Counted from the first letter of the stretch, positions 1 through 10,793 are shown. The stretch: DNA of 64,000 nt from Candidatus Eiseniibacteriota bacterium (GCA_963707915.1 OY970178.1:2144001-2208000); one strand, 5' to 3'. Program-made: numbers and translations. Notes: generated from the letters alone by a model not told the origin.

Positions 1-1488
1 CTTGCGGCAGCGGTTCGCCTGGGTGACGATCTTCTGCAGCGACGAGCGCGTCGAGCCCTCGCCCGGGTTCTTCTCGAGCAGCAGCTGCGAGTAGGTCACG
101 ATGCCGGTCAGCGGATTGTTGATCTCGTGGGCCACGCCGGCGGCCAGCTGCCCAATGAGGGCGAGCCGCTCCGACTCCATGACCTTGCGCGCGGCCTGCT
201 CCTTGAGCTGCTCGTCCCGCCGCTTCAGGGCCGCGGCCATGCTGTTGAAGCTCTCGGCCAGCTCCTGGAACTCGTCCCCCGAGCGGATCTCGACCCGCTG
301 GTCCAGGTTCCCGCGGGCGAGCTGGTCCGCGCCGGAGACCAGCTGCTTCAGCGAGCCGGAGATGCGCTGCGACAGGTAGTGGGACAGCGTGAGCGCCAGC
401 AGCGAGCCGATCAGCGTGACCGCCAGGAACACGATCACGGTGCGGCGGCGGACCTCGACGTACTTCCCCTCCAGCAGCCCCACGTACAGCATGCCGATGA
501 TGGCGCCGCCGTAGTCGCGGATCGGTTCGTAGGCGGTGATGCGCCAGTCGCGAACGACGTAGGCGCGGCGGATCCACTTCTCGCCGCGCAGCACGACCGC
601 GTCGTAGACGTTCCGGGCGGCGCGCGTGCCGATCGCCCGCGAGCCGTCCGGGTTCAGGACGTTGGTCGCGATCCGCATGTCGCCCTGGAAGATGGTCGCC
701 GTCCCCATGTCGCGCCCGCGGTACTGCAGGCCCTGGAACACGGTCTGCTTGATCTTGTCGACGATCTCGTGGTTGCGGTTCAACAGCACGCCGCCGTAGA
801 CGACACCGATGAAGCGGTGCTCGAAGTCGAACACCGGCGCGGCCGCCTTGAGCGCCATGCCGGTGGTGGAGTACCGCTCGGTCCGCGGCCGGGCCATCTC
901 GGTCGGGACCAGCTCGATCGTCGCCCGCGCCGCGAGCTCGGGCGAAGTCAGGACCAGCTCCTGGTGAGGGATCAGCACCGTCGCGGCGACCGTCTCGTGC
1001 CGCTCCAGCACCGCCCGCACCAGCTGCTGACGGCTCTGGTCGTCGCCGTACACCCCCGGGTTCGAGGTCCGCAGGATCACGACCCCGCGGGCGTCGGTCA
1101 GGGTCAGGGCGTCGAGGTGCTCCTCCTTGCAGATGCCCGAGAGCCGGCGCAGCAGCCGGTCCCGGCTGCCGGCGTACACGGGCGAGCGGACGAAGTCCCG
1201 GTCCGAGACGAACCGGACCGCGTCGCTGATCCGCAGCAGGTTGTTCTGGTAGATCTCGCGCGCGGAGTTGAGGTCGGTGCCCACCTTCTCCTGGGCCTGC
1301 TCCACGAACCGGTCGCCGATGACCCACGTCCCCACCAGGCTGAGGATCACGCTGATCAGGATGATGATCAGCAGGAAGCTCAGCTCCAGCTTGGCGCCGA
1401 TGCGCAGCCGGAACAGCCGCGCCAGGCCGCCGCCTTCGAGCGGCGGCCCGTTGCGCAGCTTCCCCAGGATGGCGGGCAGGAGGCTCAC
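1..1488 (-). CDS. Membrane sensor histidine kinase (TM - Cache-type sensor - TM - HAMP - HisKA), NtrB-like; runs off the left edge
   Basis: Not in the ORF track; read by hand. GTG at 1488 overlaps the mvhG stop (GTGA). Translation begins MSLLPAILGK...IGAKLELSFLLIIILISVILSLVGTW, contains ATIFQGDMRIATNV and IIGMLYVG (Cache-3-like) and the H-box ESERLALIGQLAAGVAHEINNPLTGI. Confidence 0.9.
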   Translation of the reverse strand, partial: MSLLPAILGKLRNGPPLEGGGLARLFRLRIGAKLELSFLLIIILISVILSLVGTWVIGDRFVEQAQEKVGTDLNSAREIYQNNLLRISDAVRFVSDRDFVRSPVYAGSRDRLLRRLSGICKEEHLDALTLTDARGVVILRTSNPGVYGDDQSRQQLVRAVLERHETVAATVLIPHQELVLTSPELAARATIELVPTEMARPRTERYSTTGMALKAAAPVFDFEHRFIGVVYGGVLLNRNHEIVDKIKQTVFQGLQYRGRDMGTATIFQGDMRIATNVLNPDGSRAIGTRAARNVYDAVVLRGEKWIRRAYVVRDWRITAYEPIRDYGGAIIGMLYVGLLEGKYVEVRRRTVIVFLAVTLIGSLLALTLSHYLSQRISGSLKQLVSGADQLARGNLDQRVEIRSGDEFQELAESFNSMAAALKRRDEQLKEQAARKVMESERLALIGQLAAGVAHEINNPLTGIVTYSQLLLEKNPGEGSTRSSLQKIVTQANRCRK

Positions 1489-2456
1489 CCTCGCTTCGGC
1501 ACCTTTCTGCGGAGCAGGGACTTGGCCAGTCCGTAACGGTTGAACGTCCCGACCGGGTCCGGGATGCCCGCGAGGACCAGGTCGATCGCCGCCGCGTCCC
1601 GGGGGCCGACGTTCGAGGCCACCGAGGAGAGGATCTTCGCGCCCTGGTCCTTCACCCGCGAGGTCGCGCCGAAGCAGCCGGTGCACGGCATGTTCCCCTG
1701 GATGCAGACCGCCTCGCAGCCGCCCCGCGTCGCGGGGCCCATGCAGATCACGCCCTGCGCCAGGACGCACTTCTCCGGGTCGATCACCACCTGGTGGGGC
1801 CGCTTGAACTCGGTGAACGCCAGGTCGGTGGGCTTGCTCGCCTTGCGCGGGCACTCGTCGCACAGCGCGATGTCGGGCGCCAGCACGGTCCCCTTCGGCG
1901 GCAACTTGCCCTCCAACAGCGCCCCGACCGCGGCCTTGGTGAGCTTGGGAGTGGGCGGGCAGCCCGGGATGGTGTAGTCGACGTCCACCACCTGGTCGAG
2001 CGACCGCACCATCTCGCGCAACACCGGCAGGTGGAGCGGGTGCCCCGCCTGCGTGGACGAGGACAGCGGGCGCGTCCCCGCCTCGTTCGCCGTGGACGGG
2101 CTGTCGCCGTAGGCGAAGCGGAGGATCTGCTCGAGCGGGAACTGGTTCGCCAGGCCCGGGATGCCGCCCGAGGCGGCGCACGAACCGTAGGCGATCAGGA
2201 CCTGGCTCTTGCGCCGCAGCAGGTGCGCCATCTCCTCCTGCTCGGAGGTGCGCACGGCGCCGTTCAGGAACGTGGCGACGATGGACTTGTCCGCCATCGC
2301 CTCGACGTCCTTCTTCTTGAAGTCCATCGCGCACGGCCAGAAGATGATGTCCACCGCCTCGACCACGCCGAGGATGTCCTCGGCCAGGTCCACGATGGCC
2401 TCTTCGCAGCCACCGCAGGAGGCGCACCAGTAGAACGCGACCTTGGGCTTGCTCAT
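1485..2456 (-). CDS. mvhG: F420-non-reducing [NiFe]-hydrogenase small subunit (MvhG-like)
   Basis: True start MSKPKVAFYWCASCGGCEE at 2456 (ATGA overlap with mvhD). Motifs YGSCA..GGIPGL, PGCPP, CDECP and CMGPATRGGCEAVC..NMPCTGCFG. Confidence 0.88.
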   Translation of the reverse strand: MSKPKVAFYWCASCGGCEEAIVDLAEDILGVVEAVDIIFWPCAMDFKKKDVEAMADKSIVATFLNGAVRTSEQEEMAHLLRRKSQVLIAYGSCAASGGIPGLANQFPLEQILRFAYGDSPSTANEAGTRPLSSSTQAGHPLHLPVLREMVRSLDQVVDVDYTIPGCPPTPKLTKAAVGALLEGKLPPKGTVLAPDIALCDECPRKASKPTDLAFTEFKRPHQVVIDPEKCVLAQGVICMGPATRGGCEAVCIQGNMPCTGCFGATSRVKDQGAKILSSVASNVGPRDAAAIDLVLAGIPDPVGTFNRYGLAKSLLRRKVPKRG

Positions 2457-2944
2457 CGGGCCTCCTGCTGTGCGGCGTGGGCGTGAGCCTCCGCTTCGCT
2501 CATCACCTCGCCGTCCCACGACTGGAACTTCCCGGGCAGGTCGAGCGGACCGAGGACCTTGACCTTCTCCACCATGTCGTTGATCACCGACTTGACCTTG
2601 TCGCCCTCGGCGGCCGAGATCCACTCCAGCCGCAGCCGCTCCGGCTCGATGCCCATGTCGGCGAGCATCCGCTGGAGGATCTGGAACCGGCGCAGCATCT
2701 TGTAGTTGCCCTCCCCGTAGTGACAGTCGCCGGGGTGGCATCCGCCGATGAGCACGCCGTCGGCGCCCTTGGCGAAGGCGTCCAGGATGAACTGCGGGTC
2801 CACGCGGCCCGAGCACATCAGCCGGATGGTCCGGACGTTGGCCGCGTACTTCATGCGCGACACGCCGGCCAGGTCCGCCGCCGTGTAGGTGCACCAGTTG
2901 CAGAAGAACGCGACGATCCGCGGCTCCCAGGGTTTGTCATTCAT
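2453..2944 (-). CDS. mvhD: Hydrogenase iron-sulfur subunit MvhD/FlxD ([2Fe-2S])
   Basis: FFCNWCTYTAADLAG, MCSGRVDP, GCHPGDCHY and RLRLEWISAAEG are typical MvhD motifs. Confidence 0.93.
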   Translation of the reverse strand: MNDKPWEPRIVAFFCNWCTYTAADLAGVSRMKYAANVRTIRLMCSGRVDPQFILDAFAKGADGVLIGGCHPGDCHYGEGNYKMLRRFQILQRMLADMGIEPERLRLEWISAAEGDKVKSVINDMVEKVKVLGPLDLPGKFQSWDGEVMSEAEAHAHAAQQEAR

Positions 2945-4920
2945 TGGCCAGGATCCCTTCGATCTCGCTGTAGATCTCTTCGTCCTCGAACAGGTTCTGG
3001 ACGATCGAACCGGACGGACAGGAGGCCACGCAGGTCCCGCAGCCCTTGCAGAGCGCTTCGTTGATGACCGCCTTCTTCGTGCTCTCGGCGAACGTGATCG
3101 CGGTGTACGGGCAGAGCGGGATGCAGGACTTGCAGCCCGAGCAGTCCTCCTCGCGGACGTAGGCGGTGTTCGGCTCCTGCTCGATGTGCCCGCGGCAGAT
3201 CAGCGAGTAGGCCTCCGCCGCCGCCGCGCCCGCCTGGGCCACGGTGTCCGGGATGTCCTTCGGCCCCTGGCAGCAGCCCGCCAGGAACACACCGTCGGTG
3301 AAGGTGCTGACCGGCGCCAGCTTCGGGTGCCGCTCGAGGAAGAAGCCCTCGGTGCCGCAGCTCATGTTGAGCATCCGGCGCACGTCCTGCGCGTCGGCCT
3401 GCGGCTCCAGCCCGGTCGCGAGCACCAGCATGTCCACCGGGAACTTGAGCACGCGGCCGAGCAGCGTGTCCTCCGCCTGCAGCAGCAGCCGGTCGCCCTC
3501 GGGGTCGCTCGGGTCGGGGAACACGTCCGCCACCTTGCCGCGGACCATGTGCACGCCCTCGCCGGCGATGCGGTTGTAGAACTCCTCCATGCTCTTCCCC
3601 GGGGTCCGCATGTCGATGTAGAAGTTGTAGACCTCGGCGTGCGTGTGCTCCTTGATCAGGTGCGCGAGCTTCAGCGAGTACAGGCAGCACACCCGCGAGC
3701 ACCACTTGTTGTTGTTCTCGTCGCGCGAGCCGACGCAGTGGACGATGCCCACCGTCTGCGGCTTCTTGCCCTTGCGCGTCACCAGCTCGCCGCCGGTGGG
3801 CCCCGAAGCGTTGACCAGGCGCTCGATCTCGAGCGCGTTGTAGACGTTCGGGTAGCGGCCGTAGCCGTAGAAGGGCATGCGCTTCGCGTCGAAGGTCTTG
3901 AACCCGGTCGCCACGATCACCGTGCCGACCTTGATCTCCTTGAGCTCTTCCTTCTGCGAGAAGTCGATGGCCTTGCGGTCGCCGCAGGCCTTGACGCACG
4001 GCTCCTTGCAGTTCCCGTGCGTCCACACGCGGCAGGTGCCCGGGTCGATCATGACGATCGGCGGCACCGCCTGCGGGAACGGCATGAACACCGGCTTGCG
4101 CTTGCCCAGCCCCTCGTTGAACTCGTCGGCGAAGCGCGGCTCGCGATAGACGCAGGCCTCCACGCACTCGCCGCAGCCGGTGCACAGGTCCTCGACGATG
4201 TAGCGCGGCTTGCGCCGGATCGTGACGTCGTAGTTGCCCACGAAGCCGCTCACCTGGGCGACCTCGGAGTACGATCCACAGCGTGATGTTGGGGTGCGCG
4301 TTCACCTGCGACATCTTGGGCGTGAGGATGCAGGCGGCGCAGTCGAGCGTGGGGAAGGTCTTGTCGAACTTCGCCATGTGCCCGCCGATCGTGGCCTCAC
4401 GCTCGACGAGGTAGACCTTCTGGCCGCCGTCGGCCAGGGTCAGCGCGGCGTGGATGCCGGCGATCCCGCCGCCGACCACCAGCACGGCCGGGTGGATCGG
4501 GACCTTCTTGATCTCGAGCGGCTTGTGGAACGGCACGCGCCGGATGGCGGCCCGGACCAGGGCAAGCGCCTTGCGCGTCGCCTCCGCACCGTCGGTGTGG
4601 ACCCAGGCGTCGTGCTCGCGGATGTTCACCATCTGGAAGAAGAACGGGCTCAGGCCGCCCTTCATGGTGGCCGTGCGGAACGTGCGCTCGTGCAGCAGCG
4701 GCGAGCACGCCGCGACGACCACGCGGTTCAGCTTGTGCTCCTTGATGTCCTGCTGGATCAGCTCCTGGCCCGGATCGGAGCACATGTACTTGTAGTTCCG
4801 GGAGACGGCCACCCCGGGCAACTTGGCCGCGTACTTGGCCACCGCCTCCACGTCCACCATGGCGGCGATGTTGGTGCCGCAGTGACAAACGTAGAACCCG
4901 ATTCTAACGGGCTCGCTCAT
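2937..4920 (-). CDS. hdrA: Heterodisulfide reductase subunit A (FAD/Fe-S); one frameshift near 4275
   Basis: N-terminal part GFYVCHCGTNI, VVGGGIAG, FDKTFPTLDCAACILTPKM (ORF 2941-4920) continues in ORF 2937-4253 with HCVGSRD, WCSRVCCLYS, GCCQGPKDIP and two ferredoxin motifs. One extra base near 4275 joins them. Confidence 0.93.
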
Positions 4921-4923
4921 CGG

Positions 4924-6129
4924 TCAACCCTCCAGTGACTCGGCCAGCAGTTCGACCACGTCCCGGACCACCAGCTGTTTGTCGTGGCCGAGCGTCTTCA
5001 CGGCGTCTTCGAAACGGAACAGCTCCAGCGGACAGGAGACGGCCAGCACGTCCGCGCCGGCGGCGACGGCTTCCTTCACCCGCCGTTCGGACAACCGGTC
5101 CATCCCCTTCGACTTGTAGTAGGTGTCCAGCCACATCCCGCCACCGCCGCCGCCACAGCACAGCGAGTTGGCCCGGCTGTGGGCCATCTCGACCAGCGTC
5201 ACGCCCGGGATGGCGCCGAGCAGCTCGCGCGGCTCGTCGTAGCAGCCCATGCCCCGCCCGAGGCAGCAGTTGTCGTGGTAGGCGACCTTGACCTCGAGCT
5301 TCTTCGTGAGCCGGGGCCGCAACGACTCGAGGTACCGCGCCAGGAACGGCGTGGTGTGTTCGACCTCCCAGCCGGCCTCGGCGAACGGGTAGCGGCTGCG
5401 GAAGGCGTTGAAGGCGTGTGGATCCCCGGTCACGACGCGCTTGAACGAGTGCTTGCGCAGCGCCTTCAGGTTCGCCTCGCTGAGCTTCTCGAACAGGCCG
5501 GGCTCCCAGGTCAGGCGCCCGCACTCGCCGGCGCACTGCTCCTCGTGCCCGAGGATGGCGAAGTCCACGCCCAGCGCGTTGAACAGCTTCGCCGTGGCCT
5601 TGCTGTTCGCCTGGCCGCGGGGATAGAAGGAGGTGTAGCACTCCACGAACCACAGCACGTCCACCGGGCCGGGCTTCTCCGCCAGGCTGCGCACCGGCAC
5701 GCCCGCGGTGGCCGCCCAGGCGGCCCGCTTCCGCCCCGACTCGCCCATCGGGTTGCCGTAGCGCGACATGTTCTCGAGCGACTTCTGCAGCTCGCCCGGC
5801 AGCTCCTTCAGGTTGGCCAGCGTCTGCTCCTTGACCAGCGGCAGCAGGACGTCGGTGAGCCGGATGCCGCGCGGGCACTTGCTCAGGCAGGCGTAGCAGG
5901 AGACGCAGCGCAGCAGGCTGCCGGAGGCGATGACCTCGTCGAGCAGGCCCCGCCACAGCATGTTGATGATCGCCCGCGGCGGGTACTCCATGTCCTCCCC
6001 GTACGGGCACGTGCCCGCGCACGTCCCGCACTGCAGACAGGTCATGATCTGCTGGCCCTCGGGTGTGGCCATGAGGGTTTCCAGCGTGGTGTCGGTCGGA
6101 CAGGTGACAGCGCGTTCGACGATGGCCAT
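4924..6129 (-). CDS. Soluble HdrD/GlpC-like Fe-S oxidoreductase (2x[4Fe-4S] plus CCG domains)
   Basis: CLQCGTCAGTCP, CVSCYACLSKCP, YHDNCCLGR and SLCCGGGGG. Confidence 0.88.
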   Translation of the reverse strand: MAIVERAVTCPTDTTLETLMATPEGQQIMTCLQCGTCAGTCPYGEDMEYPPRAIINMLWRGLLDEVIASGSLLRCVSCYACLSKCPRGIRLTDVLLPLVKEQTLANLKELPGELQKSLENMSRYGNPMGESGRKRAAWAATAGVPVRSLAEKPGPVDVLWFVECYTSFYPRGQANSKATAKLFNALGVDFAILGHEEQCAGECGRLTWEPGLFEKLSEANLKALRKHSFKRVVTGDPHAFNAFRSRYPFAEAGWEVEHTTPFLARYLESLRPRLTKKLEVKVAYHDNCCLGRGMGCYDEPRELLGAIPGVTLVEMAHSRANSLCCGGGGGGMWLDTYYKSKGMDRLSERRVKEAVAAGADVLAVSCPLELFRFEDAVKTLGHDKQLVVRDVVELLAESLEG

Positions 6130-6142
6130 GGATCGTCCCTTC

Positions 6143-8142
6143 CTATCCCTGCATCGCTTCCCAAACCAGTTCGGCGAGGTCTTTGACCACGATCTTCCCC
6201 TCGTTGTCGGTGGTCTTCACGGCATCGCGGAACATGGCGATGTCCTTCGGACAGCTGACCACCAGCGTCGAGACCCCCGGCAGCCCGGCAACCTCGCGGA
6301 TGCGGCTTTCGGCGGGACGCTCCTTGATGCCAGGCACGTCCTCCATCCAGATCCGGCCGCCGCCCGCGCCGCAGCAGTAGCTGCGGTTGCGGCTGCGCGG
6401 CATCTCCACCAGCTCGAGCCCCAGCCCGGCGAGCACGCGGCGCGGCGGGTCGTAGACGCCGTTGTAGCGACCGAGGTAGCAGGGATCGTGATAGGTGACC
6501 CGTCCGGCGAGGCGCTGCTTCAGCGGCAGCCGCCCCTGCGTCAGCAGCTGGTCCAGCAGTTCGGTGTAGTGCAGGACCGGGACCGCGCGGCCGTTCCAGC
6601 GATACTCGTTCTTCAGCGTGTTGTAGGTGTGCGGGTCGGTCGTCACCAGCGTCTTGAACTGGGCCTTCTCCATGACCTGCAGGTTCTTCTCCCGCAGCAT
6701 CTCGAAGAGCCCCTCCTCCCCGATGCGGCGCACGTCGTTGCCGGCGTTGCGCTCGCCCTCGTAGAGCAGGCCGAAGTCCACGCCCGACCGCTGGAGGATC
6801 TCCGCGGTCTTGCGGGTGATGTCCTCGAGCCGCGGGTCGTACGAGGCGTAGTCGCCCACGTACCACAGGACCTCGGCCGGTTCCTTGCGCGCGTCCTTGA
6901 TCTTGGTGGCCAGCGGCTGGGTCCACTTCGCCCGCATCCGGTCCGACTTGCCGAAGGAATTGCCGTAGCGGTTCAGGTTGGCCAGCATGTCCTGGAGCGT
7001 CTTCTCGACCGCGCCCTCGCCGACCAGGTGACGGCGCATCTGCACGACGGTGGGGATCTGCTCGTTCAGGACCGCGCAGCGCTCCATGCAGGACATGCAG
7101 GTCGTGCAGGCCCAGATCTCGGCCTCGGCCACCACGCCGCCGATGAGCGCGGGAGCGGCCTTGCCGGGCTTCGCCAGGCCCGCTTCGAGCGTGTGCTTCT
7201 TGAGCTTCTGGATGATCTGCTGGGGCTCGAGCGGGAAGCCCGAGGTCGTGGCCGGGCAGGCACGGTCGCAGCGGCCGCACTCCGCGCAGGAGAAGCCCCC
7301 GAGCAGCTGCTTCCAGGTGAAGTCGTCCCACTTCGCCGCGCCCGCCGCCGACTCCTCCGTCCCGCCGGCGATGTCCAGGTCGCCCGCTGGGCGGAGGCTG
7401 CCGAAGAGCACGTTGAACGGCGAGGCCAGCAGGTGCAGGTGCTTGGAGTACGGCAGGTAGACGAGGAAGCACAGCACGCCGAAGGTGTGCACCCACCACA
7501 TCGACTTGGCCAGCCCCTCGGCCCGCTCCGCCGTCAGCCCGGAGACCAGCGGGACGAGCAGGCTGGCGAACGGGGCCCAGGCGCTCGACGGGGCGCCCTC
7601 GGCGATCAGCCGGAACGCGCCGCCGAACAGCGAGCTGAGCATCAGGATGCCGATCCAGACCAGGATCAGGTTCGCGTCGATGCTGAGGTGCAGGTGCGGC
7701 GGCGCGAAGAATGCGCGCCGCAGCGCGGAAACGACCAGCGCGGCCAGCACGACGACCGCGAACACGTCCAGGAACAGGGCGACCACGCCGACCGTGTCGG
7801 GGTACGGGAGCGGCAGCCCGGGGAACAGGCCGCGCACCAGCCCCCAGTTGAAGCAGACGACGTAGAGCACGAAGCCCCAGAAGATCAGGAAGTGGGGCAG
7901 CCCGATGGCTCGGCTCGTTGAAGATGCGCGGCTGGAGGAAGACGTGCTTGACCACGTTCAGCGACGCGCTTCGCCGGCTGGTCGAAGCGGTTCTCGGGGC
8001 GGCCCCTGCGCACCAGCCCGACGAGCTGGCTCACCCGCCATCCGAACACGCCGAAGGCCACCAGCGTCGACACCCACAGCACGACGAGCCCCGGCAACCC
8101 CAGGAACGAGACCACGACGGGATCCTGCCCCATGGCGCTCAT
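6143..8142 (-). CDS. Membrane-anchored Fe-S/CCG oxidoreductase (DUF224/FadF/HdrF/EMO family); frameshifts near 7960 and 7905
   Basis: ATG at 8142 overlaps the etfA stop. Reconstructed N-terminal TM region has candidate heme His in PHFLIFWGF, WWVH and SKHLH, followed by CAECGRCDRACP, CTTCMSCMERC, YHDPCYLGR and YCCGAGGG. Confidence 0.87.
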
Positions 8143-9110
8143 CCCTTGCGCGCCTTGATCTTCTCGGTCAGCACCGGCAGCAGCTCGAGCACGTCCGCGC
8201 ACACCCCGTACTTCGCGACGTCGAAGATCGGGGCGGCCGCGTCGGTGTTGACCGCCACGATGGTCTGGGAGGCCTGCATCCCCTCGACGTGTTCGGGCGC
8301 GCCGCTGATGCCCAGCGCCAGGTACAGCCGCGGCTTCACGCTCATGCCGGACTTGCCGACCTGGCGGCTCAGGGCCAGCCAGCCCTGGTCGACCACCGGC
8401 CGCGAGCCGCACACCGCCCCGCCCAGCGCCGCCGCCAGCTCCTCGGCCAGCTCGATGTTGTCCTGGGTCTGGATGCCGCGCCCCACCGCCACCAGCACGT
8501 CCTGCTTGGTGATGTCGACGTCGCCGGCCTCGGGCTCGATGAAGCGCTCGAACTTCGACCGCCGGGGCCTCGACCGGCAGCGCGACGGTCTCGACCGTCG
8601 CGGCCTTGTCGGTGCGGCCGGCGTCCGCCGGGAACGCGCCGGCGGAGACGCTGACGATGCCGCGCCCGTCGGCGAGCGCGACGTCGGAGAGGATCTTGCC
8701 GCCGAACAGCTGGCTGGTGACCACCACGCCGCCGCCCTCGGCCCGCAGGCCGCGGCAGAAGTTGACGAACGGCAGGCCGGCCCGCGCCGAGAGCACGGAG
8801 CCCACGCCCATCGCCAGGTTGGTCCAGCCGAGGAACAGCGAGCCCGTCCTGCTTCTGCTCGACCAGCGTCTTGAGCAGGCCCGCCACCGTGCCGGCCGGC
8901 GGGATCTCGGCCGGGAGTCTCGACCGCGAACACCGCGTCCGCCAGGCCGAGCTTCGCCGCCACCGCCGCCGCGTCCTTGCCGATCACCGCCGCGTGCAGG
9001 GGGACCTTCAGCTCGTCGGCCAGCTTGCGGCCCGCGCCCAGCATCTCGAAGGTGATGTCCGCGACCTCGCCCTTGAGGTGCTCCGCGAGGATGAGGATTC
9101 CGTTTGCCAT
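8139..9110 (-). CDS. etfA: Electron transfer flavoprotein alpha subunit; several frameshifts between about 8560 and 8920
   Basis: N-terminus MANGILILAEH. C-terminal FAD motifs VAVGRGI, GSRPVVDQGW, RQVGKSG, YLALGISGAPEH and AVNTDAAAPIF. Confidence 0.92.
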   Translation of the reverse strand: MANGILILAEHLKGEVADITFEMLGAGRKLADELKVPLHAAVIGKDAAAVAAKLGLADAVFAVETPGRDPAGRHGGGPAQDAGRAEAGRARCSSAGPTWRWAWAPCSRRGPACRSSTSAAACGPRAAAWWSPASCSAARSSPTSRSPTGAASSASPPARSRRTPAAPTRPRRSRPSRCRSRPRRSKFERFIEPEAGDVDITKQDVLVAVGRGIQTQDNIELAEELAAALGGAVCGSRPVVDQGWLALSRQVGKSGMSVKPRLYLALGISGAPEHVEGMQASQTIVAVNTDAAAPIFDVAKYGVCADVLELLPVLTEKIKARKG

Positions 9111-9122
9111 GGTCGTCACCCC

Positions 9123-9892
9123 CTAGATCAGGCTCTGGTTGGCGAGCAGGTCCACGATGCGGTCCGCCACGTCCTCCGGCGAGCCCTCCAGCATCTCCGC
9201 GCGTCCCGCGGACTCGGGCTTGTACATGCGCTCGATCGCATAGCGGGCCGGGGCGTCGGTCGAGACGTCCACGGTCTCGAGCTTGGAGGACTTCATCGCC
9301 GCGCGGACCTTGGCGATCGGCACGTAGCGCGGCGGCTTCTCGGCCGACTGGATCCCGAGCACCGCGGGCATCGGGCAGGAGAACTCGCCGCGCAGGCCGC
9401 CGGCGAACTCCTTGGTGACCACCACGCCGGCGCCGTCGGGCGCCACACCGGTCACGACGCCGACGTAGGGCAGGCCGAGCTGGTCGGCGAGGTACGGGCC
9501 GATCTCGCCCTCGAGGTCGTCGATCGCCTGGCTGCGGACCAGGATCAGCGTGTCGGCGGGCAGCGGGGCGGCCTTGAGGAAGTCGGCGAACAGCTGCGCG
9601 GCCGCAGAAGCTCTGGACGCCCGGCCAGGTCGCCGGTGAGCTTGACGACGCGGTCGGCGCCCTTGGCGAACGCCATGAACAGCGACTCGTCCAGCTCGGG
9701 GGCGTCCATCGCCACCACCGTGACCGTGCCGCCGTGCTTCTCCTTCAGCAGCAGGGCCTGCTCGAGCGCGTGCTCATCGGCGTCGCTGAGCTTGAACCTC
9801 AGCCACTCCGCGTCCAGCGACTTCTGGTCCGCGGCGACCGTCAGCTCCTCGACCGTATCGGGAACCGTCTTCAGCAGGACGAACAGGTTCAT
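9123..9892 (-). CDS. etfB: Electron transfer flavoprotein beta subunit; frameshifts near 9610 and 9535
   Basis: MNLFVLLKTVPD, DEHALEQALLLKEKHGGTVTVV, QAIDDLEGEIGPYLA (read by hand) and PAVLGIQSAEKPPRY. Confidence 0.9.
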
Positions 9893-10175
9893 GAGCCGAT
9901 ACCTCGCTTTGGCGATCCTTCTGCGACGTGGTCCGTCGAACGACCTGCGGTGTCACGGTCTCGCGCCGCTCCTGGTGCGGACGGAGGCCGGAACGCGAAG
10001 CGACGGCGACGGACCCGTGCTGCCGTCGCCGGCTCGCGACCGGACACTAGCAGCGCAGGCCGCGACGCCCTACCGGCGCGAAGCCGACCCGGGCATCGAG
10101 CCCCGGTCGGCATCTGATCGGCGGCACCGCTCAGCCTGCACCTCGAAGCGGGACAACAGTTCCGCGCTCTCGCCC

Positions 10176-10192
10176 TGCATGGAGGGTGCCAA
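10176..10192 (-). promoter_or_regulatory. Putative sigma-54 (-24/-12) promoter for the etf-hdr-mvh operon
   Basis: Minus strand reads TTGGCACCCTCCATGCA, with GG-N10-GC spacing (consensus YTGGCAC-N5-TTGCW), about 285 nt upstream of etfB. The operon ends in an NtrB-like kinase. Confidence 0.5.
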
Positions 10193-10768
10193 CGTCGGGC
10201 GAGTCTCGTGGGCTCCAGAATCGCGCGCCGGACGGCTTCGAATCGGCCGGACGGTAGCCCTGGAGCTGATCGGACGAAGGCCCGGTCGGCCACCACTTCG
10301 GCCCGGCCGGGGCCGTCCGGACGACATCCCGGCCCGAGGACCCGGCCGGAAACCGGTCGTGTACGCAATAGATTGCCGTTCATCAAGTTACAAGCTCGGT
10401 CCATGCCACGGACCCGCGCTCCGCCTCTTCGGGGTCGGCCGCCCCGGAGCCGACCGCAGAAGAGCCCGCTCGAGACGCTCCCGCCTACCGTGGCCGGGTG
10501 GAACCGAGGCGCCACGGCATGACGCCCCTGACAGGCATGACAGCCAGACCGACCGGATCCGCGGGCTCTCCGGGACCGGCCGAACGCGCGTGACGCGAGA
10601 CATGGCGCGCCCTGGGGGCGCCTCTCCCGCGCGAAACGAATCCGCCGCGCGACCCGCGGGGAGCGCCCGAGCACGCAGCCTGGTCGCGGCGTTCCACACA
10701 CGCTCGACGCGCGCGCTGGCGCGGCGAAGAGCGGAAACGAATAATGCGCCGGAGCGCTGCACGTGGGC

Positions 10769-10793
10769 GCAACTTCCCGCCGGCTCGCGCGTC
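10769..10793 (+). promoter_or_regulatory. Putative ECF-sigma autoregulatory promoter
   Basis: GCAAC-N16-CGTC immediately upstream of the ECF sigma gene, matching the AAC/CGT pattern of SigW-like promoters. Confidence 0.4.

Noticed and set aside
127..1536. 469-aa plus-strand ORF and many similar long ORFs (e.g. 5930-7921, 8871-11318, 26481-28658, 28692-31130)
   Set aside because: Antisense or off-frame shadows typical of high-GC DNA; Arg/Pro/Ala-rich, with no motifs, and overlapping well-supported genes.
1485..4920. Selenocysteine recoding in HdrA, MvhD or MvhG
   Set aside because: The relevant positions are Cys codons and no in-frame TGA was seen.
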